A stretch of DNA of 64,000 nt from Chrysomallon squamiferum (taxonomy: Eukaryota > Animalia > Mollusca). A program made the translations under genes and the position numbers. The stretch spans positions 1,116,001-1,180,000 of the forward strand of contig CM022677.1 of the NCBI GenBank assembly GCA_012295275.1, in the 5' to 3' direction. The number at the start of each line of letters is the position of its first letter. The stretch's first letter is position 1. The notes beneath the pieces were generated by a model, which saw only the letters and a program-made list of their open reading frames with translations, made no database searches and was not told where the DNA came from. Positions 30,281-43,279 of the stretch are shown piece by piece.

Positions 30281-30502
30281 TTAATATATTGTTTATTATT
30301 TACATTAATAAATAAATTTTGTATTGTTTCAGGGGATTAATGAAATGAATCACATACAAAAATGTGTGTAGTTAACATTCTGTATTGAAATCAATAATGT
30401 AATGAAAATTTCACTTTCAGAATGGAAGAGAATAAATTTTCTTGCCACAATCTTGTATTATATTTGTGCTGTTGTAACTGTTGTTAATTTGTTTGTTCAA
30501 AG

Positions 30503-30686
30503 GCACCCCAGTCAACCGAATCCCCATCATGGCCAAGCAGACCCTGGATCTGTACGAGCTGTTCCGACTGGTGGTTTCAAAAGGCGGGCTGGTTGAGGTG
30601 ATCAACAAAAAACTGTGGCGAGAGATCACCAAGGGACTTAACTTGCCATCGTCCATCACAAGTGCTGCTTTTACCCTGAGAACACA
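30503..30686 (+). CDS. ARID3: ARID3/dead ringer exon, ARID domain core
   Basis: Acceptor ...gttcaaag|, donor CA|GTGAGT. Translates GTPVNRIPIMAKQTLDLYELFRLVVSKGGLVEVINKKLWREITKGLNLPSSITSAAFTLRTQ, near-identical to Dri/ARID3A. Confidence 0.97.
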
Positions 30687-32236
30687 GTGAGTTTAATAAA
30701 TCTACGATAGGCTTAAAATCTGTAAACAAATGAAGCAGTTTCACCGTTTAGCTCAAATTGTGTGTATGTGTGTGATATTCATTTATAATTATCATGATAA
30801 TGTGTATAATATTAAAAAATATAAAAAATTAAAAAATTAAACATAACTAATTTAACTTGAAATTAGTTTTGTCATTTTCTGAAATAAAATAAAGTTATCT
30901 TTTTTCAGAAATATATATTATGCTTCATCTTCTAAAGATTGACTGTATGAAAATATATTTAAATTGCTGTGCTGTTTAATTCATGTACATCTGTCTTGTA
31001 ACAGTGACATAAGTTGGGTTGGGGTTTTAAACTGATAAGATATTTCCCCTGCCTGGTAGAGTTAATTCAAAACAGCTAATACAATTAGTCCTAATTGCAC
31101 TGCAGTTACCAATACCTTCTGAATCAATAGGAATCAATATGAGCACCCCGGTTTAAACAACTGAAGACAGATTCACATCACTGAAACCTGAAATTAAAGC
31201 AGTCAGGGTTGGTTATGTCACTTAGTTTGAACTAATTTAAATGTGAGGCCAATTTAGACCAATGAGAAGGAATTACAGATTCAGATAAATGAGAGGAATG
31301 TGTAAACTCCAACACTAGAGAGGTCCATGGTGGAGGAAAACACTGTAACAGAGAAATTGTTTTATGATTAAATTTGCTTTGATAGCAGTTCCCTTGAGTT
31401 CATTAATTCCCTTCAATTTTAATTTGGAGCTCACTTCTTTTTCCTTTTTTTTTTTATATTAAATTAATCCACATTTAAATTTAATGTAGCATTTCAGGAA
31501 TAGTTTTATTAGATTGTGATAGTTAAATTTTAATGTTCTGTTTGCACATTTTTTTTAAACAATTGATAATAAATAATGTGTTTCAAAATTTGTTTCTAAA
31601 TACTAATGAAAATATAAAATGATGTTACTTCAATTTTAAGTTAAAACAATTTTTTTTTTTTAAAGAACCAACCAATATATATAATCAAGGCAAGATGTTT
31701 TCAATAAATTAGTGTTGTATTTATAAACTGTTATTTTCATTCCAAAACTGCACAACCTTTATTCAGTATTTAACTGTCAGCTTCTCACTTTGTCTCACCC
31801 ATGTAAGGGATGTTTTCCTTCCCCATTCTTCTTGTAGCCAGGTCCTGTAACTTCCTTACCTGACACATTATACATCTTAATTGTGACTGATTCTCGAAAT
31901 GTGAAGATTTTGTCTTCAAATTAGAATTGAACCTTCAGGCAATCAAATTACCTCCCTTACATGCTGCTGCTTGTGAATGATTCAGGAGTAAATTGACATC
32001 AATTATTTAAAGGAACACCAAATGTTCTTATTCAATTACGAGGCTTCTAATCAACATACACACTACTTTTTACCTCAGCATTCACAGATATTGCATAATT
32101 GTTCATTGAAGTCAGCCACACGCAGGGAAAAAACCACAACAAAACTTTTGATGTCGAAATCAGTTTAGGCTGCTGTTATCTGGAATAATTATTTTTTTTT
32201 GTTGTTGGATTTTTCATCCTTTCGTTTTCTTTCCTT

Positions 32237-32272
<36 letters not shown>

Positions 32273-34398
32273 CTGGAGCAAAAAAAAAATGTAGCACCTT
32301 TTCACTGTTGAAAGAAATAAATGGCATACAATCATTTCTGTGCCCTGTTTTATTAAACACCTATATAACTACATACATCAAATCACTCATCAACACATAC
32401 ATCAGCGCACACATTTTACCCTCTCCAAATCTTTGTCTATTAACCTCCCATTAACTAAAATAGCAAAGTCTTGATGTGTCTGAACTGAGTATATAAAAAT
32501 AATTATTAGATCTCAGGGTCAGCATCATCTGACTGGCTTTAGTAAATTAGTTTTAGCTGGTATAACAGAAGTGACATGGTTGAGTGATTTGAGTCAGCAG
32601 TAATAGTCAGCCAGCTGAGAAAAAAGTGCCAGTTAAATGTACCTATGAAGTAATAAGTGAATAGGATCTGATATTTTTAAATAAATCAGTTTGTTAATGT
32701 CTGTTTATTAACACAGAATGAGTGGACATTAAATATTTACTCTATAAATTGTGTGTTATTAAAGGATGTTTTTAAAACTTGATAAATAAAGTTGTCACAT
32801 TAATTGTGGGCTGGAACACCAATAGAACCAATTCTGTTCTTTGTTTGTTTTAGAAAAAAAAAAAAAAAAAAAAGAAAGAGAAAAAACAAAACAGATTATT
32901 TTTACAATGTTTAAAAATGTATTTTACAGTTAATATTATATTTTTATTTCTTTTCTTTAATTACCTATTACTTAATTATTAGTCCATTGGGTAATTTAAT
33001 TAAAGGAAAAGAAACATATATATATATATATATATATATATTGTTTTAATCCAGTTTTCTAGTACTAAATAAGAAATTAAAGTGAACTGACCAAATAAAG
33101 AAGTATTCACAAGTGAGATATATGAGCTGTTTTATGTTTTACACAGACAAACTAAAATGTGAAATCTGATGAAAACTGATCCTGTATCGCTAGACTTGTC
33201 TTTTAACTATCACTAATAATAAATAAATAAATACATGAAAAATATGATAACGTTTTCCTAATTGATTCTGATGCAGATATTCAAGAAACCTAACAAGATC
33301 CTAACTAAATACAAATAAAAGTTTAAATTTTGCAAACTCAATATTCAGGAAAACCACAAAAAACTCTGGAATAAATAAAAGTTAACCCTAATTTGAAGAG
33401 AAATTACAAATGAAAGTGTCAACATTAGCAGTAATCAGTGATTGTTTTTCGTTTGATTTCGTTTTGGTACAAACTCTTCTGGAATGTTTGTTAAACTCAC
33501 ATCACCAGTGCATTGTCATTAATCTAACATATCTTATAAATGTTTCTATTTTTTTCATTACTTCTGAGAGAGAAAAAATAGTGCTACTGTCAAAAGAAAT
33601 TTCATTTTTAATTTGTTTGGGGTTGGTTCTCAGCTGGGTAAACAATCATAAAGACCAAAATCCTGTGCTCCAGTTTAAATTTATTCCAAATATGTCATCA
33701 TAATATTCATAATTTATATGGGCTGTTGATGTTTTCACACATCAGAATATATTTGAGAGAGATTTGTTCCTGTTCATGGTTCAGATAAAAAAAGTATGAT
33801 GAAGTACATAGCAGAGGAAATTACAAACTGTCAGAACACAGTGCTGGAATGAAAGCCAAGATGTAATTGATGTTTGGAGATTTGTAAGGAATTTGTATTT
33901 AATGAAATTACATATATCAAATACCACATGTGTCAGCTTACAGTTGCAGCTTGATTAATTAAGACAAGAGTGAAGACAATCAGCCGAACAAAGACTTTCC
34001 AGTCAGTTTTAAAAACACGTATTATAAAAATATGTTTGTTATGAAATCTTTTAAATCTCCCCATTTTCATAACCAAAAAAAAAATAATAATAATAAAAAA
34101 AAAGTAAAATAAATAAATAAAAAAAAAATAATAACAAAGATAAAAATACAAATATGTTAAACAATAACTTAAAAATAAGAACAAAATGAAGAAAAGTCCT
34201 AGTTCATTTGTCCTGAAATAAAATAAACAAATTAAGATCGCTGTTTGCCTTACTCATTATTAAATATATATATAAAAAAATGCAATTACAACAAGTTGAT
34301 GAAATTTATATGTTTATTAATATTTACCATTTTGATTTCTGTTCATATTTTGAACTCATTTATCTTCACTGACAGAGATATGTAATTTTCACCTTCAG

Positions 34399-34640
34399 AT
34401 ACATGAAATATTTGTACCCATACGAATGTGAGAAACTGAAGATGAGCTCACCTCAGGAACTTCAAGCAGCTATTGATGGCAACAGACGGGAAGGCAGAAG
34501 ATCCAGCTATGGGTATGACCTGTCCCCAGGACCCACCCTCGTACCTGCCAGTCACCACCTTAATGGAACTCTGATGAACGGGAAAATAGGAGTGGGGTCA
34601 CCTAGCAAACTGTGGCCTCATATAGATGACCACTGTGACG
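34399..34640 (+). CDS. ARID3: ARID3 exon, end of ARID/extended ARID
   Basis: ccttcag|A TAC ATG... gives YMKYLYPYECEKLKMSSPQELQAAIDGNRREGRRSSY. Donor G|GTAAAT at 34641; phases match neighbouring exons. Confidence 0.95.
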
Positions 34641-36074
34641 GTAAATGTCTTTATTTAAATTTTATTTATTTATCATTCTCCTTTTATAGTTTGTACCAAC
34701 ATGAAACACATCTTGTCATTTTATTTTATTTATTCTTATTTACTTTTCATGATAATGTGATAATTAGTAAGATAGGCTATGAACGTACAGAATTATTAAA
34801 ATTATTTCTTACTACTGAATTAATTAATTAAAAATGTTTCAGTATAATTAAGTAAATTAAAAAAAGAAACATCCCCAAGTCCCATGTTACCACCCCTCTA
34901 GAACTGCTCTGGATCAACAGTCAATTGATGTAGCCTGCTGTTTGTATGAAAGGAAGGCTGTACACTATGAAATAAATTATGTCAAAATGTCATAGATGTG
35001 CAGAAGCAGTATATATTGCATGTGATTCCCAAGCCTTCCGACGCCTTCTTAAATCCTTACATTTCTTTCTTCCTGTTGCTCTCTGAATCTAATCACAGAC
35101 GTATAATTTTCATATCTAGTGTCCCATTGTGGAGACGGGGGATTTAACTCCAGTGATAACACCACCAATTGGTGGTGAGGGGAGATGGGGAGTTATCCAG
35201 CTTATCGGATACCTGTCATGGTAAATCACCGTACATTCCATGGACCTGGACATTCGAGCAGTTGAGAAGTAATTTGTAGGCTATAATTTCTGCGTAATCC
35301 AAGAGTTATTTTCCACTGTTAAACTACAAGCGTTGTTGTGTGGAAAGTAGTTTTCCCAGACGTAAGACGGCAGCTAGATATGTGTCATTTCAACCTCTCA
35401 CGATTTTAAAAACTATTTCATACAAAGCTTTGTATCGCGTTACATTTTATCAACAGCAGTATCAGAATGAGTTTGACCCGTGACCCTATGGTGGCGTATA
35501 AAGAGGTATCGTTTTTATTACACTCACAAAAAAGAGCAGTTTCTATGAGTTCTTACATGTAATGCACACCTTAATGTTGTCTGTATTGACTCTTGTTCTT
35601 CTTTATAGCATAAACAACAGGCTCGCTTAAACATTATTTATGTAACCGATAGAGATGTCACCTTTAAGTTGACGTTTTAAATTAAATATTTTAAAGACTC
35701 AGATTACCAAATTTATAAAATTTTAATGAAAAAAAAATTAAATAATAATTATACAATATTTAACACCTAGAACCTGATGATGAACATCTTCACTACATTG
35801 TTGCTAATAGGAAACTAGAAGGGGTTGAGTTAAAAACCTACCATTTTTCTGTTTTACATTACTCTATTTTATATATATATATGTATGTATAAGATTATAG
35901 GTTAGAGCTGTATGAAGGAATACATACATGTACATGGTATTTTTACTGTTAATATTTTAATGCACATCTGTATTAGCTATGTATGTGTTTATTTGTGTCT
36001 TATCCACTCATTTTTTATATGATAGTAAAGATGAATTTTGTAAAATGGTCAGGGTTTCAAGAGATAATTTGTTT

Positions 36075-36077
<3 letters not shown>

Positions 36078-36137
<60 letters not shown>
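36078..36137. repeat. (GA)n microsatellite
   Basis: Directly visible; lies ~80 bp upstream of an ARID3 acceptor. Confidence 0.95.
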
Positions 36138-36144
<7 letters not shown>

Positions 36145-36220
36145 GTACACATTATGATTACTATGGAATGAACTTTGTTTATGTTTATTTATGATGACTT
36201 TACATGTTTTTACACTGCAG

Positions 36221-36469
36221 ATGACGACAGTTTACCACCCACACCCATCCCCCACCCTGCCCACCTTGGTAACCGGGGACTGACCGAGCGAGACGCAATC
36301 GCCATGGAGGTGGCAACGCGAGCAATGGAGGAGGCAACACGCAAGATGGAGGCAGCATCACGGACACCATCAGTGGACGAGCCGTCACGCAAGAGGATGT
36401 GCAGCGAGGAGGAGCGGCTGCTGGCCCACGCTGGCATGCCCAGCGCACACCTCAAAATAACAAGCAGAA
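36221..36469 (+). CDS. ARID3: ARID3 exon, N-terminal part of the REKLES region
   Basis: ctgcag| acceptor; GC-rich; reads DDDSLPP...ATRKMEA...AHLKITSR; donor A|GTATGT at 36470; phase 1-1. Confidence 0.9.
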
Positions 36470-37195
36470 GTATGTGTTGTAAGTTTCCCAGTCTGGGCTC
36501 ACTTCATAGAGTAGTGTAGACTTTGAAATTAACTGTATGAATGTAACAATAAACATTCTGAAAATAACAAGCAGAAGTATGTGTTGTAAGTTTCCCAGTC
36601 TGGGCTCACTTCATAGTTAGTGTAGACTTCAAAATTAACTGTATGAATGTAACAATACAAACAATAAACATTCTGAAAATAACAAGCAGAAGTATGTGTT
36701 GTAAGTTTCCCAGTCTGGGCTCACTTCATAGAGTAGACACTGAAATTAACTGTGTGAATGTAACAATACAAACATTCTGAAAATAATACACAGAAGTATG
36801 TGTTGTAAGTTTCCCAGTCTGGGCTCACTTCATAGTTAGTGTAGACTTCAAAATTAACTGTATGAATGTAACAATACAAACATTCTGAAAATAACAAGCA
36901 GAAGTATGTGTTGTAAGTTTCCCAGTCTGGGCTCACTTCATAGTGTAGACACTACAAATTAACTGTGTGAATGTAACAATACAAACATTCTGAAAATAAC
37001 AAGCAGAAGTATGTGTTGTAAGTTTCCCAGTCTGGGCTCACTTCATAGTTAGTGTAGACTTCAAAATTAACATTCTGAAAATAACAAGCAGAAGTATGTG
37101 TTGTAAGTTTCCAAATCTGGGCTCACTTCATAGAGTAGACACTACAATTAACTGTATGAATGTAACAATACAAACATTCTGAAAATAATACACAG
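36454..37195 (+). repeat. Tandem repeat, 7 units of 85-115 bp, each containing the ARID3 exon end and 5' splice donor
   Basis: Motif CAGAA|GTATGTGTTGTAAGTTTCC...CTGGGCTCACTTCATAG recurs with donor GT at 36470, 36577, 36692, 36796, 36904, 37009 and 37094. Confidence 0.95.
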
Positions 37196-38436
37196 ACAAC
37201 AGACACTTTTGAATATAAAAATACAGACAATATTCTGAAAATAACATTATAGACAAGAAATATTTTGAAAATAACAGGACAGAAATCATTTTGAAAGTAA
37301 CAATACCAACAAGCATCCAGCATACTTCATATTAAACATTCAGACAATTGCCATTCTGTGCTTCAAAAAATAACTATACAGAAAAATGATCATTTCTATT
37401 TGAGAATAATTTTCAAGGATTATTCTAACTGAAAGAAATAGTTTATTGAAATGGAACTCTTTTATTGGTAGGAAGTTGTGCACTTTCATAAACAGTGAAC
37501 GTTTTTACTGATGTTTTCTGATAAAAGAAACCATTTGTGTTGGGCAAACCAATTCATATGTATACAAAATCAATTAGATTAATCCAACTCACATTTATAT
37601 CAATATTTTACTAAAGCCAGTTTTTATTTTATACAATGAATGTAGTCAGTCCATTTATGCTTTTATGTGTCTGTCCAGACATTTACTTGAATGACAATAC
37701 ATAATTTATTATTGTCATGATCAATAAACATGTTAGCAACTTTATTCTTTTATCTCAGATAGTTATCTTTAATAAAACCTTAAGCTAGATGTTTATTTCC
37801 TTCTGTAAATGTGAACATTTCTCTTCAATATTTGTTGTTGCAGTTTAATATCCAGTGTTGATGGTTTTGTATAATGATAGGAGGTTCACTTTGTGTAATG
37901 TCATTTATTAGCAATGTCAATAAAGCTTTCAACAAACTGTATAATGATGATTTGCTGATGAGCTGGTAGAGTGAGACACACAGAAGATTAATACACAGTT
38001 AAACTATAACATTTTATCAGAATTAACATACCACTGACATTTTTTTTTCATAATTAATGTTAAAACAATCACACACGAAAATTACCATCTGCAATAAATG
38101 AACGAATACGGCATTTCAAAAGAACTCAGTCTTTCGGGTAGATTTGCTCAGTTTAGAAAGTGTAATCACGTTTGTAACATTAGTTTTATTTCATTAGTTA
38201 TGTCAGTGGCCTCAACCTAATTGCATTAATCTAGTCTGATTCTGGAAAATGAAAAGTTAATGTAGAATTTTTGGTGATTATATTTTGGAGGAACATTAAC
38301 AGTGATGGTAAACTTCAGTAATAATTTCAACTGATAGTTCCACCAGCTCTGGAGAAAGCATCACATTCTGTTGGACTGAATGAATCTGTCTTAAACTTTA
38401 TTAAATGAAATGTTTTTTTGTTGTTGTTTTTTTCAG

Positions 38437-38540
38437 ATGATGGTAGATCAGAAATAGACAACTCACTTGTGGTTTCCATGGAGATCAATGGAATAATGTA
38501 TCAAGGGGTTTTATTTGCACAACATCCGAGGAGAATGTGA
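38437..38540 (+). CDS. ARID3: ARID3 last coding exon (REKLES-beta); absent from the ORF track
   Basis: ttttttcag| acceptor; reads NDGRSEIDNSLVVSMEINGIMYQGVLFAQHPRRM*, matching the ARID3 motif S.EINGI.Y.GVLFAQ. Confidence 0.95.
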
Positions 38541-40702
38541 GACATTGACGAAACTGATCAACTCATGAAGCAAACTGAACTGTAACAGGACTGAAAGGCA
38601 TAATATGCTAACTGAGAGTTTTTAACATGTTTTGCATGTTCGTGTAACACAGTCGTAGAAAAGTGGAATTGACATCAACATGGCATTGGATATACGTGGA
38701 CCTTTTTGTTTTTAAAATACAAACATCTTTCTTTTTTTAAATCATTTTGTTGTTGAATCTGGGAAAATATGTAGAAAATATGTCAGATTTCTCCTCATGA
38801 CTTGTTATATATGTTGTTTATAAACGTTTCACATTTATTGTATTTGCTGAAGGACATAGTTTAGTGTGTGCGATATCATGTTTATGGGACCTCTTATCAT
38901 GGACAAACTGTTTATACATGTATTTCTGTACAAAATACTCATTAACATGTGCTGTAGTGCACAGTAAGTGTTTTTATTAAAATTATTTCACTCATCCATG
39001 TTTGTTCTGTTCTTGTAAAATGAAAAAAAAAGCAGAAAAAAAACAAAGAATATCAGCACCAGAGTTCCCAAAGATTTTTACAAATACACATCTTGTTAGC
39101 CTCAATTTCAGAAAATAATAAAACATTTTCTCTTCATTTTGTTATTACTTGAACATGGAAAGAAATATTCTCTTTATTTCAAAAATTTTTAAAAATTAGA
39201 AAATGTTATCATCATAAAATCTAAATGATTAATGATTTTTTAAACAGTTTCATACTCGTCTGTGCAAGCACATTGTTCTGGACACTGATTGATCAACTTT
39301 GCAATCTCTTCATGCTAGAATGGTTCCAAGGTTGTTTGACATAAACTTCAATATACAATTTGTATAAATCCAAAAACAGAAAATTATTTAAAACTATTTA
39401 TATCTGCATTCTTTTGAATGTTTCTTTGTATTGTTTTACTTTTTAAATATTTTTAAAAAGTGCAAATGACTTTTAGTATTTAACTACAGAAAAAATAAAA
39501 TAAATAATACTAAATGAATTTTTTTTTTTAAATTGTTAGATTCTTTTCAATGGATAATTCTAAATAGATGGAGAAACAATATCAGCCTCATTCTCAGAAA
39601 GTAAAAAGAGGGTTGTTTAGTATTCTTTTGTAACTATAAAACTATATAGTTCATATACTTAAAAGAAAAATTGTACACACATTGTCTTGACTTAGACAGT
39701 ATTAAAACTAAATGTATTTAAAAATTAATAAATAAAAACTTTAAAAGAAGGGAACACCATATTAACACTAAAAATGTTATCAAATTTGAAACTTAGCAAA
39801 ATTTTATATATATGAAGATAGGGAAAAGATTTGTGTATATTTATATACATGTTGCTATTAAACCATTAAGTAGAAGCAGCATATTAATCATTATGAGGAA
39901 AGAATTTTTCCATCTAAAATTAGTGGAATAATAAATTTGTGAGAAATACAACATCTTTGCTTTTGTTGTCATGTCATGTATATAGAAATGAAAAAAAACA
40001 AGAAAGAAACAAAATCTAACAGCCTAAGAGTAAATCTAAAACTAAGTCTAAAACTTTCTTTTTCAACCATTTAAAAGATAATGAATACAAATTTAATTTT
40101 CTGGTTTTTTTTTTTTTTTTTTTTTTTTTAAATGTTTACAAATAAAATGAAAATAAAGAAATGTTCAACAGTGGCAAAATCTGGTAACTTTATTTTAAAT
40201 TAGCAAAAGGTGATCTAAAGAAACAGAAGATCCATACAAAGTGAAACACAAATCATTTATTTTTAGACTCATAAAGACACACATTCATTAACTAATCAAA
40301 ATATCTGACACTTGTGTTAAACATGTCAGATGTACACAGTGATGTACAACAAACCATTAGTGAGAAGTGTTGTAAAACACAGTCAAAGTCATGATAAATA
40401 TGAAAGAATGTGTGTCTTCAGCTTGTTCACGAGTATTTAAAGACATCATTAAATCTTATTTTCTCCCCATTTTAGCCCATGTGATTAGTTCTCAGAACCA
40501 AAATCAAAATAAAACTGTTTTATGAAACTAGGGAATATATCTGCAAATTCTTTTTTCTATCACAATTAAAATAACTGGTAAATTGATGTGAAGTCTGTTT
40601 CACTCTGGTTCTTTCATTAAGCAAGTTTGGACACCCTAGACTGATGAAGCAAAAACCAGATCTGGGATGTCCAACAGTTGAAGAGTTGCTTCTGAAACTA
40701 AC

Positions 40703-41019
40703 TCACTGACTGAGCATGAGTTCATACTTGAGTTCACACTGGCGAAGGAGAGAGAGGAGGGGCTGGGGATTGTAAGGGAAAAGATTGTGATGATGCAGTT
40801 TTGTGATTTTTATTCTCATTCTGATCCATGTTGCTAGAACTGAGTCCACACAAGACCACTGACAGTCAGGGTGATGCTGTGATTCTGAGACACTAGCTGT
40901 AGATGACCTCAGTCCAGTGTCAAACACTGGTTTGTCCTCAGCTGAAGACTTCACTTTCACAGGGGCTAAATGTGCTTTGTTGTCAGCAGCTTGAATATAC
41001 TGTTCTCTTTTAGTCATAT

Positions 41020-41053
<34 letters not shown>

Positions 41054-41717
41054 GTCATCAGTGTAATCCACAAGGCTGTAAGATTTTCTAGTTTTGTTTT
41101 CAAGGTTTTCTCCAAACAGTCTATTCTCATGATAAGAAATATTTTCTTCTTGCTGTGGTTCAGAAAATAGACTGTCATTATCTTCTTCAACATGACTACT
41201 ACAACCATCTTCATCCTCAATCATCCTCACCATCCTCATCATTAACACAACCATCACCAGAATATGATGTAAGTGAAATATGTCCCTGACAAGGTTCTTT
41301 AGTCTGTAACTTGATTTTTTTATAACTTTGTCTATCAAATGTTTTGAGTCTGTTCAGTTCATTCTTTACCTCATTCTCTTTATCACAACATTTACTTTCA
41401 CCTAGTCCATCTCTCTTCACCTCCAGTGGAGCATTTGCTTTTTAGTGTTATTACTCTTATCAGAATCCAAATTTTGGCTGCAGTGGTCTACTGGGGACAT
41501 GTCAACACAGAAGATGCTGTGACAGACTTTGACAAACAAATCCCACTCACAAATCACACATTTGAGATATTTAACCAGGTACAGCAGGAAACAGGTCTCA
41601 GGAGAGGTCAAGAGGTCAACTAGAACTGAATGGTCATTGGTCAGTGACTGGAGGAACTGTATAAACAGTTTGTGTGCATTCAGAGTTTCCCTTAGAGATG
41701 TACACGATGAAGCATTT
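40703..41717 (-). CDS. LINS1: Lines homolog last exon (end of Lines_N, acidic linker, Lines_C); contains an apparent frameshift pair
   Basis: tttttcag| acceptor; NAHKLFIQFLQSLTNDHSVLVDLLTSPETCFLLYLVKYLK and C-terminal IRMRIKITKLHHHNLFPYNPQPLLSLLRQCE match Lines family motifs. The frame is broken between ~41443 and ~41220. Confidence 0.88.
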
Positions 41718-42820
41718 CTGAAAAATATCCAAAGAAAAATATTTTAAAAAAGTAAAATAAAATTAATAAAATAATAATAATAAGTAAAAATATTAAATAG
41801 ATAAAAATAATAAATCAAAATAATAACCATGAATTAAAATTATCAGCAGTAAGAAAGCATTAGTCAGTGCATCAACAAATAAAGACCATAAACATTAAGT
41901 AGATAAATAAATATAAAATAAAAGACTTTTATATATATAAAAAAAAATCATAAAACACCTAAAGTCTAGAATACTGTATTAATGTATCACCATATCTGTT
42001 TACAAGATTTATTTTTAAAACTTTAGCTGAGAGAATCAATAATAGGGATCACAATGTAAAAATAATTTTATACTTTCTACAGGAAAAACAAGAAATTATA
42101 ATTTTAATATACCCTAAACATCAGGAAGGTTTTTCTAAGTTCCACACATTTATCAGCATGTTATCCTTAACTTGTAGTAAGAAATGGCTAATTTAAATCA
42201 CAGTTTTTGTTGTTGAATATACTGATTCAATTAATTCATTCATATTAATTTTTTTTTTTTTTTTTTTCCATTCTTATCAGGAATCAGAATGTTTCACATT
42301 TATAGAGGATAAGGGGTTTTCATGTTAGATCATTCCACAGACTTAATTCCCACCTCTCAGATTTTGCTGTATCTTAGATTACATTGATTATGAGTGGAAA
42401 ACTTTAAATACCAAATATCTGTTCAGATCAATAATTTAGTAAAATAATCGTGCTCCAGTTTGAATTTTTGTACCAGTTTCTCTGCAAACTAAAATCAAAC
42501 TGCACACATTTGGTGTTACAGGCATGTTATTTCAAATCTATTAATATTTCATGTTTCTAATGATCAAATACTTATAAGCTTTAGTTATGACATTTTTTTA
42601 ATCAATAAAAGTTAGTTTGAATTGTTATACTTCAGACTGCACATATAACTTAAATCTAATAACAAGTCTGTGGTATTCTAAATGTGAGCATCAATCAAAA
42701 CTACAGTGTGTGTTCTCAGTTATATCTATGAGCAGTAAACACACATCACTTGTAAATAACATTCCTTAGTTAGCTAGTTTAACTTTCTCTCACCTGACAG
42801 ACAACAAATCAAACTTTTAC

Positions 42821-43013
42821 CTGGTAAGGGATAAGTAGATATTGAGTAGACACAGCAGACATTCTATTCTGACATCATCCTGGTCACCAAAAACCAGAGT
42901 TAGCCAGCTCAGGTCAGTTGGGTTGATGGTCAAGGCTAACAGGGTACACACGTATTTATTTATCTCTTGTATGGACTTCGTGACCACCGCCATAATCATG
43001 TCATTGTTTGTTT
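42821..43013 (-). CDS. LINS1: Lines homolog exon (Lines_N)
   Basis: atttcag| ... AG|GTAAAA. WLTLVFGDQDDVRIECLLCLL resembles the LINS1 'WL.LVF.EQDD' motif. Confidence 0.88.
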
Positions 43014-43279
43014 CTGAAATCATAACAGTTCTTTGTCAAGTACTTCTAATATGAAAATTTAAACTGTTTGATATTAGTATGAAGATGTACAATATCACTT
43101 ATAAAAGTGGCTTATAGAAATGTTTGACAGAGATCAGTGTACGCATTCTTTAAGTTTACTATAGATTCTGTTTTTAAAACTTCTGTTTATTCCAAGAGTT
43201 ATTACAGAACTTGTATTTATTGTAAGAGTTATTATTAATCTTGTATTAGAAACAATAATTTATTACAAGAGTTGTCTAC

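Larger units (their letters stand above)
12..30502 (+). other. ~30.5 kb phase-1 intron inside the ARID domain
   Basis: GT at 12 and AG at 30501-30502; joining them gives an uninterrupted ARID sequence. No convincing ORF lies inside. Confidence 0.85.

Noticed and set aside
36454-37195. Regular ~105-bp repeats as a CRISPR array, or coding ORFs 36721-36936 and 37123-37323
   Set aside because: Whole units are homologous with no unique spacers, and the ORFs are antisense translations of the repeat.
42790-42820. CAG|GTGAG site ~27 nt inside a LINS intron as an alternative donor
   Set aside because: Extending the exon to it includes an in-frame TAA, and it is too close to the donor for recursive splicing; there is no further support.
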